In this document: piece by piece, positions 9,680 through 20,568 of the stretch
Layout: every line of letters starts with the position of its first letter
Numbering within the stretch: position 1 is the first letter of the stretch
DNA from: Puccinia triticina
Taxonomy: Eukaryota
DNA length: 64,000 nucleotides
NCBI GenBank assembly: GCA_026914245.1
Contig: CP110439.1
Coordinates: 5,766,001-5,830,000 of the forward strand
Direction of reading: 5' to 3'
Program-made: the position numbers and the translations under genes
The notes under the pieces: generated by a model
What the model was told of the DNA's origin: nothing
The model's input: only the letters and a program-made list of their open reading frames with translations
Database searches by the model: none

Positions 9680-11077
9680 CTACAGTACCACGGCAGAATA
9701 TACACCCCGCAGACAATCCACCCCACGTACAGTCACAACTGAAGTTCTAGAAGTGCAAGCGACCAGCTTTGCTACTGTAACAATGGATTTATTTAGGAGA
9801 GTCTCCACTATCACCATGGCCTCTATCATTGAAATTTCGGGGTCAGAACCCTCCGGACAAAAGTCTAAACTGAAAAGGCGCAAATGGCGTTGCCACTCGT
9901 TTCCCAACAAAGTCATCATTATTGCCAGTGGACTCAACGGAGGCTGGTCATAATTCATACGTGTGTGCACACAACGCAACGCAAAGGTTATGTATGCGTC
10001 CTTGGAGTCCGGTAGCTCAGGACCCCGCATTGACAATGCGTCAACCAACATGGGAAGTACCACCACACGCCTCATTATGGCTTCTGTAAGCCAGTCTTCT
10101 TGCTTCTTGTAAGACGGAAGTGAGTTGCTTCCTATCATTACCAAGCAACTGACGGATGCCTCTCCCACAGGTGTAGATATTTTGTCTTGCCCTGTGGATG
10201 ACCTGACAAAACCTAGGTTCAACGCATGATTCTTAAGGTCAACGTCGGCACAGTACAGTAGTCTCTTGGAAACCAGAGGTTCTACTATGTAACTGTGCAT
10301 ACCAGAAGTCTTGGATGTTATATGCTGTTCTGGTATCGGAGCAGATGCACCACAAAGGGTGTTGGCTAGCGTTCTAATTACTGTGGACTTCCCGTTACCA
10401 CCGGGTCCGTACAGTATGGCAAACGTATTACGTCTCACGGGATCCAGGAGACATGTACCTACGATCCACTGTAGGCAAAGCATGTCTGTGGGGTTTGGAA
10501 ACAACTTGCTCATGTGATCTCTGACGACGTCGTAACACTGCTCACGCCAAATCTCAGGTTTCCTACGAAACATGAGAGGTTTGCAACATACTCCTGTTAC
10601 ACGCTTGTCTACGCCAGACACCTGCTCCAAAAGCCCAACCACGGGCTGTAAAGATATACAACTGCTACCTTCAGAAGTTTCAATCTCGGGTCTTAACCTC
10701 CACGTTCCTACGCACAAGCTGGTGGGATACTGGTCTGCATCCGCTGCCTTCTTTATCAAGTAGTTTATGTAGGGCAATACGGCCTTTTCATAGTTAACTG
10801 ATACATTCTTGGCTTCTATTATCCCCACCACCTGCACCATGGCTTCCTTGGAGTATATGGGTTCCCAGTGGTTGGTAGCTGTGCTGTACAAGTAGACGTC
10901 TCCACGCATTCTGCACACCAACGATTTATCTATGAGTTCACGCTGGATGTTCTCAAAACCTTGGGGGCTCTGGCAGTCTACAAGTTGTCCGCACCAGCCC
11001 TCATCTTCTGGATACTGCTGAAATGTGGGTTGCATAATTCTAGTGCTTAAGCAGCGTGCTGCCATGACACAATACAA
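9680..11077 (-). CDS. D5-like superfamily-3 (AAA+) helicase, without primase domain
   Basis: Walker A ILYGPGGNGKST, Walker B RLLYCADVD, motif C VMIGSNSLP and Arg finger AIMRRVVVLP, preceded by a D5_N-like segment GDVYLYSTATNHWEP. Candidate ATGs at 11065 and 11035. In frame with the upstream Gypsy RNase H. Confidence 0.88.
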   Translation of the reverse strand: MYCVMAARCLSTRIMQPTFQQYPEDEGWCGQLVDCQSPQGFENIQRELIDKSLVCRMRGDVYLYSTATNHWEPIYSKEAMVQVVGIIEAKNVSVNYEKAVLPYINYLIKKAADADQYPTSLCVGTWRLRPEIETSEGSSCISLQPVVGLLEQVSGVDKRVTGVCCKPLMFRRKPEIWREQCYDVVRDHMSKLFPNPTDMLCLQWIVGTCLLDPVRRNTFAILYGPGGNGKSTVIRTLANTLCGASAPIPEQHITSKTSGMHSYIVEPLVSKRLLYCADVDLKNHALNLGFVRSSTGQDKISTPVGEASVSCLVMIGSNSLPSYKKQEDWLTEAIMRRVVVLPMLVDALSMRGPELPDSKDAYITFALRCVHTRMNYDQPPLSPLAIMMTLLGNEWQRHLRLFSLDFCPEGSDPEISMIEAMVIVETLLNKSIVTVAKLVACTSRTSVVTVRGVDCLRGVYSAVVL

Positions 11078-13221
11078 TGGAGACGGGTCCTCCTCCGGAA
11101 GACCTTTTCGGGATAGGGCATCCGCGACACTGTTGTCTTCCCCGCAAATGTAATTAAAGTTCAAGTCAAAGTCTGCAAGGAGCTTGGTCCATCTGGCCTG
11201 CCTCTTGCTTAGGGTTCGCTGTTGAGGGAGGTGTACAAGGGAGTGGTGGTCGGACATGACATTGACCTTCATGCCAAGCAATAGCATCCTCCACTTCTGA
11301 AGAGCGTGGACTACTGCAAGGAGTTCCTGCTTGTGAACCGGGTAATTTCTCTCGGCCGGCGTCATCTGATGTGATTCATAAGCTATCGGTGATGCGCCTT
11401 TCCAATCTTCACCCTGAAAAAGTGCTGCGCCCAGACCCAATCCGCTGGCGTCCGTGAAAAGCCAGAGAGGATTTTCTTTAAGTAGGGGAGGGACGTCATG
11501 ATACGCTTGATGTTTTGAAATGCTGCCTCCTCTTTTTCTCCCCATTTGAAGTCCTTTGCGTCAAGTTTTGTGCTAGTCAGCGGTGTAAGAGTGCCAACAT
11601 ATTTCTGGAGGCCCCAGATGAACTTCTTCATCCACTGCACCGTTCCCAAAAAACGCTTGACACCCTTTGCCAATCGTGGTGAAGGCCAGGAACGAATGTC
11701 GTCCACTTTCTCGTCATCCGGTTTGATACCGTTGGCTGATATCCAATGGCCTAGGAATTTGATTTTCGAACGGAAAAGCTTTGTTTTCTTTGGGCTACAA
11801 TAGAGGGCCGCTTTTCTCAGTTTACACAAGACTGATCTGACGTGCCGCTCGTGTTCCGTAAACGAATCCGAAAAGATAACAATGTCGTCCAGATAAACGA
11901 CGCAGATTTTGTTCAGAAGTTCGCCCAAAGCTTCCTCAAGTCGAGCCTGGTGTGTCGCTGGGGCATTTGTCAGTCCCATCGGCATAACGACCCATTCCAT
12001 GAGCCCCCACGGTGTCTTTACCGCCGTCAAAGGTATGTCAGCCTCCCGCATACGCGTTTGGAAGAAAGCGTTGGTCTGGTCCAATATGGAAAAGACCTTA
12101 CCCAACGCTACCAGCCGAACCAGTTCGTCCACATTTGGGAGGGGTGACTGGTCTTTTACTGTCAAGCTATTCAACTTGCAGTAGTCGCAGACCCAACGAG
12201 GGAGGGCGGTCGGGTCCTTCTTTGGGATAATCAAGCTAGGGGAAGCGTATTGACTGGTTGATTGACGGATACGGCCCGCGTCAATATGCTGTTGGAGGAG
12301 GGTGTGCCAGGCTGCGAGGTGTTTCTGAGGGTATGGAAATTGTCGCTCATTAATGACTACTTCCGGGCTTGTCAAAACAATCTTGTGTCGTGTTCTCGAG
12401 GATTGATCTTGGAGCTTGGTGGGGAAAGGCCGTTCGATCGATCCGTCCAGCTCCTCCAAGTCATGTGAGACTGCCGGAATATCTGCAGGAAACAGGTCTT
12501 TAAATTCGCTGAGGACTCGCTGTTCCAAAGCTTCGCATGGGTATGTTGTCACAGAAGCTGTTGCCGCACAATCGTCCTCTTCTTGTTCAAGACGAAAATC
12601 CGGGAAGGAGAGTCCGGTCCTGGGGCACTGTAGAGCCCGATCTTCAACAAAGACGGTCAGACCGAACCGGTGAAGGAAGGGTGTGCCGAGGATTAGGTCG
12701 TAGTCGCCCAAGACTTGGCCAATCCTGAGTGGGACGTCCTCGAACGCCCTCAGGCCTGAACGGGTTCGTAGTGTTGCTACTGAGTAGTGTCGGATGGGTA
12801 CAGGTATCCCAGCGTCGTCTCCTAGCGCGAGCCGAACAAGGGTGGGTCGGGCAAGGGTCTTGCGTTCAAGATTTGCGTTATCTAAAGCCTGGTCCGAGAT
12901 GAGATCCAATTCAGATCCCGTGTTGATGAGGGCGCGAACCCAGAGGTGTGCGATTTGGAGTTCAACAATCACCCTGGCCCGTTTGACACCATTTAGAGAA
13001 GGGTCCAGCGGGTCGTGGTTCGAGACCTGATTAGGGGCAAGTATTGGCGCTGCTTGTGGCGTGGATGGTGCGTCTAAGGACGGAGAGCGAGAAAGGCGAG
13101 TGACACGAGACAAAGACGGAGACGATGACGATGACGGGGACGATGGCGAAGACGGAGACGAAGACGAAGACGATAAATGGGCCAATGTGCCCCAGGGCAA
13201 GAGTGATTTTGAGTGGTCCAT
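11078..13221 (-). pseudogene. pol: Gypsy pol of element A: aspartic protease, reverse transcriptase, RNase H; frameshift near 11480
   Basis: ORF 11383-13221 has ALINTGS (DTG to NTG), LILGTPFL, RWVCDY, MPMGLTNAP and VYLDDIVIF. ORF 9680-11545 begins with LFTDASG, ERNYPVH, ELLAVV and ADALSR. Confidence 0.93.
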
Positions 13222-13262
13222 GGCGAAGGGACCTCGAATCAGTGGTTTCGAGAAAAAAAAAG

Positions 13263-13583
13263 TGTAAGAGTCCAGAAGGACTCTTCACTGAGCAGACAGA
13301 CAACAGGCTGAAGCCTGGAGCAAAAGGTTCTAGGAACCACTTATGTTTTTTTATTACTAGCTCAGGAGAGAGGAATCAGCTCTCTCTGTATATACAATGA
13401 AGTAGATGAATGAGAAATGGAGAAAAGGAAATAAAGGCTTACCTAGCTCAGGAGAGAGGAATAAGCTCTCTCTGCTGAGCTAGGAGGGACGCGGGGAATC
13501 TGGGACTAAGTAGTGATCTCTGTTGCTGATGTAATCCGGTCGTGACTAGTTTGTGAACCTCAGTCGGTGGCTGGGGCTTCACA
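13263..13583 (-). repeat. 5' LTR of Gypsy element A (321 bp)
   Basis: Bounded by TGTAAG...CTTCACA (TG...CA, short inverted ends). Followed on the minus strand by a T-run and the pol ATG 41 bp later. The partner LTR is outside the window. Confidence 0.65.
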
Positions 13584-15507
13584 TTGGAGGGGGTGAGTTT
13601 TGGGGGATTTAGCTTGGACTAAAGGAGTTGTTGAAGTGGTCGAACACAATGATAAATTGTATAATACATCAGGTGTAATATCAGGAATTGCAGTTGCAAA
13701 GAACAATTTTACACACCGCCACGCAAATGCAAAGCCATCATGTATGTTGCAGTAGCAGCACAACCACAGAAGGTGTTTCTTGCCCATCAGTACTTCTTTG
13801 CCTAGCTTTCATGTGCAACAAAATATACAATACTGAAAACTTTGGTCAATTGCTTCTTAGACACAACCATTCTGCAAAGCAGTCATGGTGATATGATTAG
13901 TTTTAATGGTATACACTGTCATATTCTCAAGTATTTTGCAGGCTAGGATTTCTTCACAACAAATGAGAATTTATAATATATAAATCTTTGTAAAAAAACC
14001 AGACTGGACATCATTCCACAATCTACAACACAAATCCTCCTTTCTGGAAATCTGGTCCTGCCACAAAATCCTCCTTTCCCGAATATCAAATCCCAAAACA
14101 ACAATTGGATTCCACATTCTGGATTGCAATGTATCAACATGGGAGGACCGGATGCAATGGAGTGAATACATGTGGAGGGAAGGGTGGCTATCACAAGTAA
14201 CTATTTAACGGGTGATAACCAGTGAAAAAGAATCATATCATGTATTTGTCTTGGCTATGAACACTAGCTGAATTGAGGTTTGTCATTTCCCTATTAATCA
14301 GAGCTGTGTGGCAGGAAAAGGATTACTGATCCTGTCTCATTTTTCATCACCAATTTGGTTGGTTGGTGATTTGCAACTGAATGACCTTCACCATGCCAGG
14401 TTAAAGCTGAAAGACCAGTTGCAATGAAGGGATCAATTTTCCTGGTAGAATGTACCAGCTTCTTAACTTCCAGGTATGTCTCAAATTCTGAAGCTATGAT
14501 CATCAATAGATGGTGCCACTGGGCCCTCAGGATACTTACTGGTGTAATTTTTCATGAGGTCTATGATATCAACAAACTACCCAGGAATGCAGGACACAAC
14601 CACATCCTCTGGGAGAAACCAAATTGGTGTTTTAGATTAGACTCCAACAACCGCTACTAATGTAAGAAGATCAAGATTGCTATGGGTGCATTAGTTGTTA
14701 TACATAGATTATGGAATAACAAGTTGCATGTTCATATGATGTCCGGGTGTAGTAGTACCCAGGTAGTTTCTTCTCAACAAATATGACAATTGAATTAAAG
14801 GCAGTAATTCTCAATTTGGCAGTTGCAGGTTTTATTGCAAAACAATATGAAGGGTACAAGAGAAATGGGATCTGGGTCAGAAAATGAGTCAGATTTCATT
14901 TCCAGAACTTTCAAATTGTGGCTTGTGTTGTACATACCAGCTCAGCCAGTGAGGTTTGAAAAGACAATTCTCAAAATGAGGTCAAGCTTCCAGTAATTGG
15001 TTGGAAATGACCTATTGGACATATGTGGTAGCTTTTTTAATATTATGACACACAATTGCTACCAACCTTACAGTCTGGGACCTGGGAGTGAAGGAAAATT
15101 TGGTGATGGGAGGGATTTTGTGCAATGGGCCACTACCATGTACGCGCTTACATGGCAGTGGAAACTGCATGGTATGTATGCATGAAGCCCACTGAAAGGA
15201 TAAACACAAAGATATGTAATGTCACATCCAAATACGCAGGTTAAAGCCAAAATGTAACAAAGGGTATCCTACACATAAAGAAAAACAAATCCAAACCAGG
15301 AATGTGGTGGTTGGGAACAAAATTTGTGGGGATTTTCAAATTGCTCCAATTGAAACTGCAGAACAAAGAGGTAAGTTGAATCAAACTTCTTAAAATTGAT
15401 ACATATTACCCTTTATTACTGGAATGAGATAATGTGGGGAAGGAAAGAGAACAACTCTTTTGCCTTTGTGGGGGGAAGTTCAAAACCAAAGTCTGTTGCC
15501 CTCCCAC

Positions 15508-15813
15508 TGTTGATATTTTCAGGTTATTTTGTGTTGTTTCTTTCTTTCTCTGCTTCCAACTACATGTACATACATTTCACTGTCTGTGACATCCATGTTT
15601 GTAGTCACCTGGAGCAGCAGACGTGGAAGGCCATTCCTCATCCTTCCACAAACTCCGCTATCACTGTGTTCTGCTGTTCCAGGTGAGTTCTTTTCTCTTT
15701 TTCATCTCTTCTGTTTTCTTTTTCTTTTCTCTTCTCTCTGATGAAATCAATCTTATCCTTCCACGAACTCTGCTATCACTGTGTTCTGCTGTTCCAGTTG
15801 ATTCATCTTAACA
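15508..15813 (+). repeat. 5' LTR of Copia element B
   Basis: Direct repeat of 29791-30109 with TG...CA ends and an internal ~42-bp duplication TCCTTCCAC...CTGTTCCAG. Confidence 0.95.
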
Positions 15814-15916
15814 GGTTATGATACCCAGTAGCCTCTAGCTCTGCATGTTAAAAACCAGATTTCTCTGTTCATGTATCTTCTGAAGGATCACCTTTTTCAT
15901 TGCTCCATCAACACCA

Positions 15917-18900
15917 ATGTTGACTAGAAATTCTACTTTCAAACCAGTTCCTCCACACATGGAACTAATCTCTCACCCAGCGCTTAAGATCTTGGGCGTC
16001 AAACCACTCAAGGCCCCAGGTGAAAAATACAACTATTTAGATTGGACGTCAGTGGTCCTTGAAATCCACTTTAACGTTACCGGGGTTGGCTACATCATTG
16101 AGACCCCTCCCCCAGACACTGCGCCTACTTGACGACCCACACAGGCCCAGGACAATCTGGCAATATGCTTGGTTATATCCCGTACAGTCAAGCCAGTAAA
16201 CCTTTGATACATCTGCCTCTTCAAGGATGACGCAAAGGGGATGTGGGAGGCCTTGAAGGAGGCCCATCAGGACTCTTCCTCCGGGGGGAGAATGTATTGG
16301 CTACAAAAACTAACCACCGCTTGAATGACCAGTGACAACTTTGACACTCACATTGATCAACTTCAGAGCTATGCCAAACGTCTGAACGCAGTTGTCACCC
16401 CAAGCACCCATCTCACCCCGGATGACATACATGCTACGTCCCTACTCAACTCCCTTCCCTCTGACTGGCATCCCTGCGTGTCATCATGAACAAAGCTCAA
16501 ATCTCTTCCACAAAGATTGTCTTGGCGCTTTGCCAGGAATCCCTTTGCTGCAAAGCCCGTCTTGAAGAATCTCAACTCATGGAATCAGTTGCACGGGCCA
16601 ACATCTTGACCGATAACAAGTCTCTGCCACCTCACAATGCATCTCTGTTCTGCTCCTTCTGCAACATCAGCGGCCACAATCTTTTGGCCTGCAGGAGCGC
16701 TGCTTGGGTTCTCTCTGACCACAAACAGGCCTGCAAGTCTGGTCATTCCCGCTCAATTGAACAATGTTGCCGCAGCCGCACTTGCAGAGGTCGCCCAGGA
16801 CCTAAACCTGAAGCTAAAGCTGGGAAGACGACTGTAGTCGAGTTGGGAGGTGGAGAGGACAAAAAAGACTTGGACTACTTGGGCTCCAATGACAATTCTT
16901 CAGCTCATCACCCAGCGTGTGCCGGTAACACCGTTGTGGTCGGGGATCAGACAGCCAACCCAGTTTTCAACGCTTGCCGGGATGCAAACCTTGACTCTGG
17001 GTGCTTGAACTGCATGACCCCATACAAGTCCAACGTCTCAAACGCGAAATCAGACAACACCTCCATCTGTCTGGCCAATCACTCTGTCATAGGTGCCACT
17101 CACCGCGGCACCGTCAAGTTGCCACTCAAGACACCTGTCACGGTTTCCACCCTGGTTGTACCCAATCTTCACAAGCCACTCTTGTTGATTGCCGCAATGT
17201 GTGATGCGGGACTCACTTGCGTATTCACCAAGCAAGACTGCAACATCTACCAAACCTCTTCCATGGACGTACAAGAGGAGACCGTTGGACAGGGCTATTG
17301 AAAGGAAAACCTTTACTACCTGCCGTCCGACAAGGTAATTTCCTCTTCCTATTCCGCTCAGACACTGTCTTCAATTAACAGTTTGCTCCTCATTTATCAC
17401 CGTCACCTATCACATATAGGTCTAAAACCGCTCAAACAACTGTTGAAAACACTCAAAATTCATCCCACCACCATGAACAAAGTTGACGTTCAAAGATGTC
17501 CTGTATGCGTGCAATCAAAGATGCATCAAAAACCTTTCAAATCCCGCGCTCTCTATTGTTCTGACACTCCCAGCAAATTGATTCACTCAGAAGTTGGCTC
17601 CTTTGAGTTGCATTTTGAGGAGGGCTATAAGTACGTTGTTACTTTCATCAACAATTATTCAAAATTTGTCTCTCTCTTCCACATGAAATGCAAATCCGAT
17701 GTTTTCCCCTGCTTCAAAATCTTCCGTACTCACTTTGAGCGCAAAGGGTTGCACAAAATCCTAGCATTGCGTTTGGACAACGGTGGAGAGTACATCTTGT
17801 CTGGATTCTCATCCTATCTGGACAACACTGGTATATACCATGAACCAGGGCCTCCCCACTCACCTGAGCTGAATGGTGTTGCGGAAAGGACAAACCAAAC
17901 TCTAGGCAACCTCATTTGGTGCTCACTGTTGAGTTCCGGCCTGCCAAAGTCTTTCTGGGCGGATGCCCTCCACCATGTGTCTTTCACTCTCAATTTTGTT
18001 CCGTGCTACACACTGACAGGCTTCAAGGCACCAAACAATCTTCTCGGAAAAACATTGGTCAACCTCTCTTCCGTACACCCTTTTGGCTGCCTAGTGTGGT
18101 ACAAGATTCCAGAAGCAAACAGGAAGAAGCTGGACTCAAAAGCAGTCTCCGCTCTTTTCCTATCCTATCTCAGAGACGGCAACGGCTACTGTGTTGAGGA
18201 TCTGGAAAAAAGTTCCATGGTAAAGAGTTGTGATGTGCTCTTTGACTACAGCACTCTCCTGTACGGCTTGGAGCTACGACATGAGCCTACTTCAATTTTT
18301 GTTGAACTACCTTGGCCAATAAAATTCTACCATTGGATCCTCTGGCTCCCATTCTGCCAGCAGTCCCTTGCGTTTCAACTCCCGAACTTCCCCTACTCAA
18401 CATACCCCTCAAGCCCCGCTTTGACCGTTGCCTGATATCGTCAATTCACGCTTGTCCTCCCTCCCTGCCTCCGCCCTCTCCTCCCTCGGCAAACCCTCCT
18501 CCTTGTTCCCCCCTCCCTTCTCCTCCCTCTTCTCCGTCTTCTCCATCCCCTTCCTCCCCCATCCCAACTTCTCCTCCAGCCCCACCTGCTCCCTCTGCTT
18601 GAAAAGCTTTCCCACCCTTGACTCTAAGTCAGAATCTGCCATCCTCACCACCTCCAGCTCATTGTCCCCAAACACCACAACAGCGCCGTTCTGGTCGTGA
18701 ACTTCGTGCTCCCAATCATAAGGGAACAGGGCAAAGTCTGCTGCCACCGGGGATGATGTGGACAGGCCAAAGATGTGGAAGCAGCTGCTAAGGTCCCCAC
18801 ACAAGAGCAGGTGGCTTTGTGCCGCCAATGAGGAATTTCTGTCTCTCCTTGGTATGGAGACCTGGCAACTTGTCCCTTTCCCAATCAAATGTAAGATCAT

Positions 18901-19616
18901 AAAGTCCAAGTGGGTCTTCAAGATCAAACAAAGACCCAACAAGTTGATTCAGAAACTCAAAGCAAGGCTTGTAGCAATGAGATATACGCAGGTGCATGGT
19001 GTGTATTATGAAGAAGTGTTTGCCCCAACTCTCCGCCTAGAGACACTCCGGTTAATCTTCAGTCTTCTAGCAATCAAGCGCTGGAAAGGAAGACAAGTAG
19101 ACTTTAAAACCGCTTTCCTGAACGGTTGGCTGCAGAAAACCGTCTACATGGAGCAACCCCCAGGCTTCAAGGATTCGGAATACCCAGACTGGATTTGTGA
19201 AGTACACTGGTCAATCTATGGGCTGAAACAGTCCCCCCGCAAGTGGAAAATTGAGCTCCACAAGGGGCTCATAGAGGCAGGACTCACCCATAACTGATAC
19301 AATCAAACACTGTATTTCAGGCTCAAGGAAAACACCCTGGTTGGTGCGGTTGCGGTCCACGTCAACGACCCGGCTATTGTAGGTGAGCCAACATTGGTGG
19401 ACCCATTGATAGATGCAATTGGCAAACGCTTCAAGATTGGAGCTGATGAGGAGCTTCATCACTTCCTGTCTATGAAAATAGACAGAAATGTGGACGACCG
19501 GCTCCTGTACATATCTTAAGCTCACTATATATCCAACGTGCAAGCATGCTTCTTGACCTCTCCGCCAGTCACTGTCAAGACTCCAACAGATACCGCTTTC
19601 AAGGACCTTGTCCCGC
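15917..19616 (+). pseudogene. Copia gag-pol, 5' part (gag, CCHC knuckle, protease, integrase, RT N-half), multiple premature stops
   Basis: CSFCNISGHNLLAC knuckle, LDSGC protease, HRHLSH...CPVC, LRLDNGGEY and ELNGVAER integrase, KWVFKIK, KARLVA, VDFKTAFL and IYGLKQ RT. Confidence 0.93.
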
Positions 19617-20393
19617 TATGGAGCTCCGTCCGGTGTTAGGCTGGCGGCAGCGCTGGGAGTGGGAAAGATGTTGTGTGACTGCCCTCACCAATGGTCTGGA
19701 TGAGTCTTCAGGGATTTGAGTGATAGCTTTGTGGTGGAGTGGTTTTGGGAGTTTGCCGGGGGGTTAGATCCTTGGCGGCGGTTTTGTTTGTCGGAGCATC
19801 TGGGGGGGATCACGTGAGATCATTGAAGGTGGGACTTGTCGGTATGCTGGACTCGGGATCTTGTAGACTTGTGATGGCGGATCAGAATGCCATGCCCCTC
19901 CCTTCCTCCAAGTTCTGCAAACTTGGACTCCGGGAGGCACATGTCACGTGCATTTCATCATCTCCTTGCGCGCCGTGCGCGCGCACACAACACAACACAA
20001 AGAGACAAGAAAAAAAAAGAAAATAGAAAACAGAAAAACAAAACTCAGCAGAATGGAAATAGAGTAGAAAGAAGAGAAAAAAACCACAGCCTAAAATGAC
20101 ACAAACCAGAGAGAGGAAGAAGAGAAATAGATTAAAAACAAAAGACAGGGAATAAAACCCACAGCACAAGCTGTGTTAGGACCAAGAAAGGAAAAGGAGA
20201 GGGAATAGAGAGGGAAGTGAGGAATAAGAAAAAGGGGAGGGAGGAATGGTCTGAGAACCTTGAGCCTTGAGGGTCTTGATCTTGAGTTTTGATGAGAGTT
20301 TTGAGACTTGAGAACTGAGTCTTGGATCTTGATGGGAGTGCGAGTGAGATTTGAGAACTGAAAATTACTTTGACTACCGGTTTAACCACCACA
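19617..20393 (-). repeat. 3' LTR of Gypsy element C
   Basis: Direct repeat of 28260-29036 with only about 7 substitutions by eye. Confidence 0.95.
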
Positions 20394-20568
20394 TCCCACC
20401 ACCACTTAATACAGTCTGTCCTTAGACTGTACGCCAAAAACTCTGTCAAACCGCGCTGAAAGAAAGAAACAGAGGGGACCTGCGGGTGGCTCACAACAGT
20501 GGCAAATGTAGAGCTTACAACTAATGATGGTAGTAGATACCCTGAGGTGCATACCAAGGAGGGAGAAA

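Larger units (their letters stand above)
1189..11077. mobile_element. Virus-like gene cluster (putative endogenous DNA-virus fragment) inserted in Gypsy pol
   Basis: Nine uninterrupted intron-less ORFs separated by about 3-111 bp, including an SF3/D5-like helicase, RNase H1 and a UDG fold. Gypsy pol resumes on both sides. Boundaries are approximate (about +/-10 bp). Confidence 0.75.
1..13583 (-). mobile_element. Ty3/Gypsy LTR retrotransposon (element A), gag-less, pol interrupted by a ~9.9 kb foreign insert; 3' end lies outside the window
   Basis: On the minus strand the order is LTR (13263-13583), protease (ALINTGS), RT (LPNVDEL, YLDD), RNase H (TDAS...ELLA...SDH...ADALSR), insert, then integrase (GHLG...CEVC, IDFVGP, SDRD, DGRSERSN, GPY). 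PR-RT-RH-IN is the Gypsy order. Confidence 0.9.

Noticed and set aside
1189..11077. Polinton/Maverick, Helitron or bacterial prophage assignment
   Set aside because: No pPolB, retroviral-type integrase of its own, capsid, packaging ATPase, TIRs or Rep/PIF1 helicase is visible, and there are no recognisable phage genes or consistent Shine-Dalgarno sites.
9680..11545. A genuine single 621-aa RNase H-helicase gene
   Set aside because: The N-terminal ~155 aa are Gypsy pol and the start is a frameshift artefact. It is treated as a junction fusion rather than an evolved gene.
13584..15507. Possible decayed transposase remnant
   Set aside because: Only short broken frames, with no motif I can identify with confidence.
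19739..20169. Duplicated 95-aa ORFs (also 28382-28812)
   Set aside because: They lie within the two LTR copies of element C, are low complexity, and show no coding signature.
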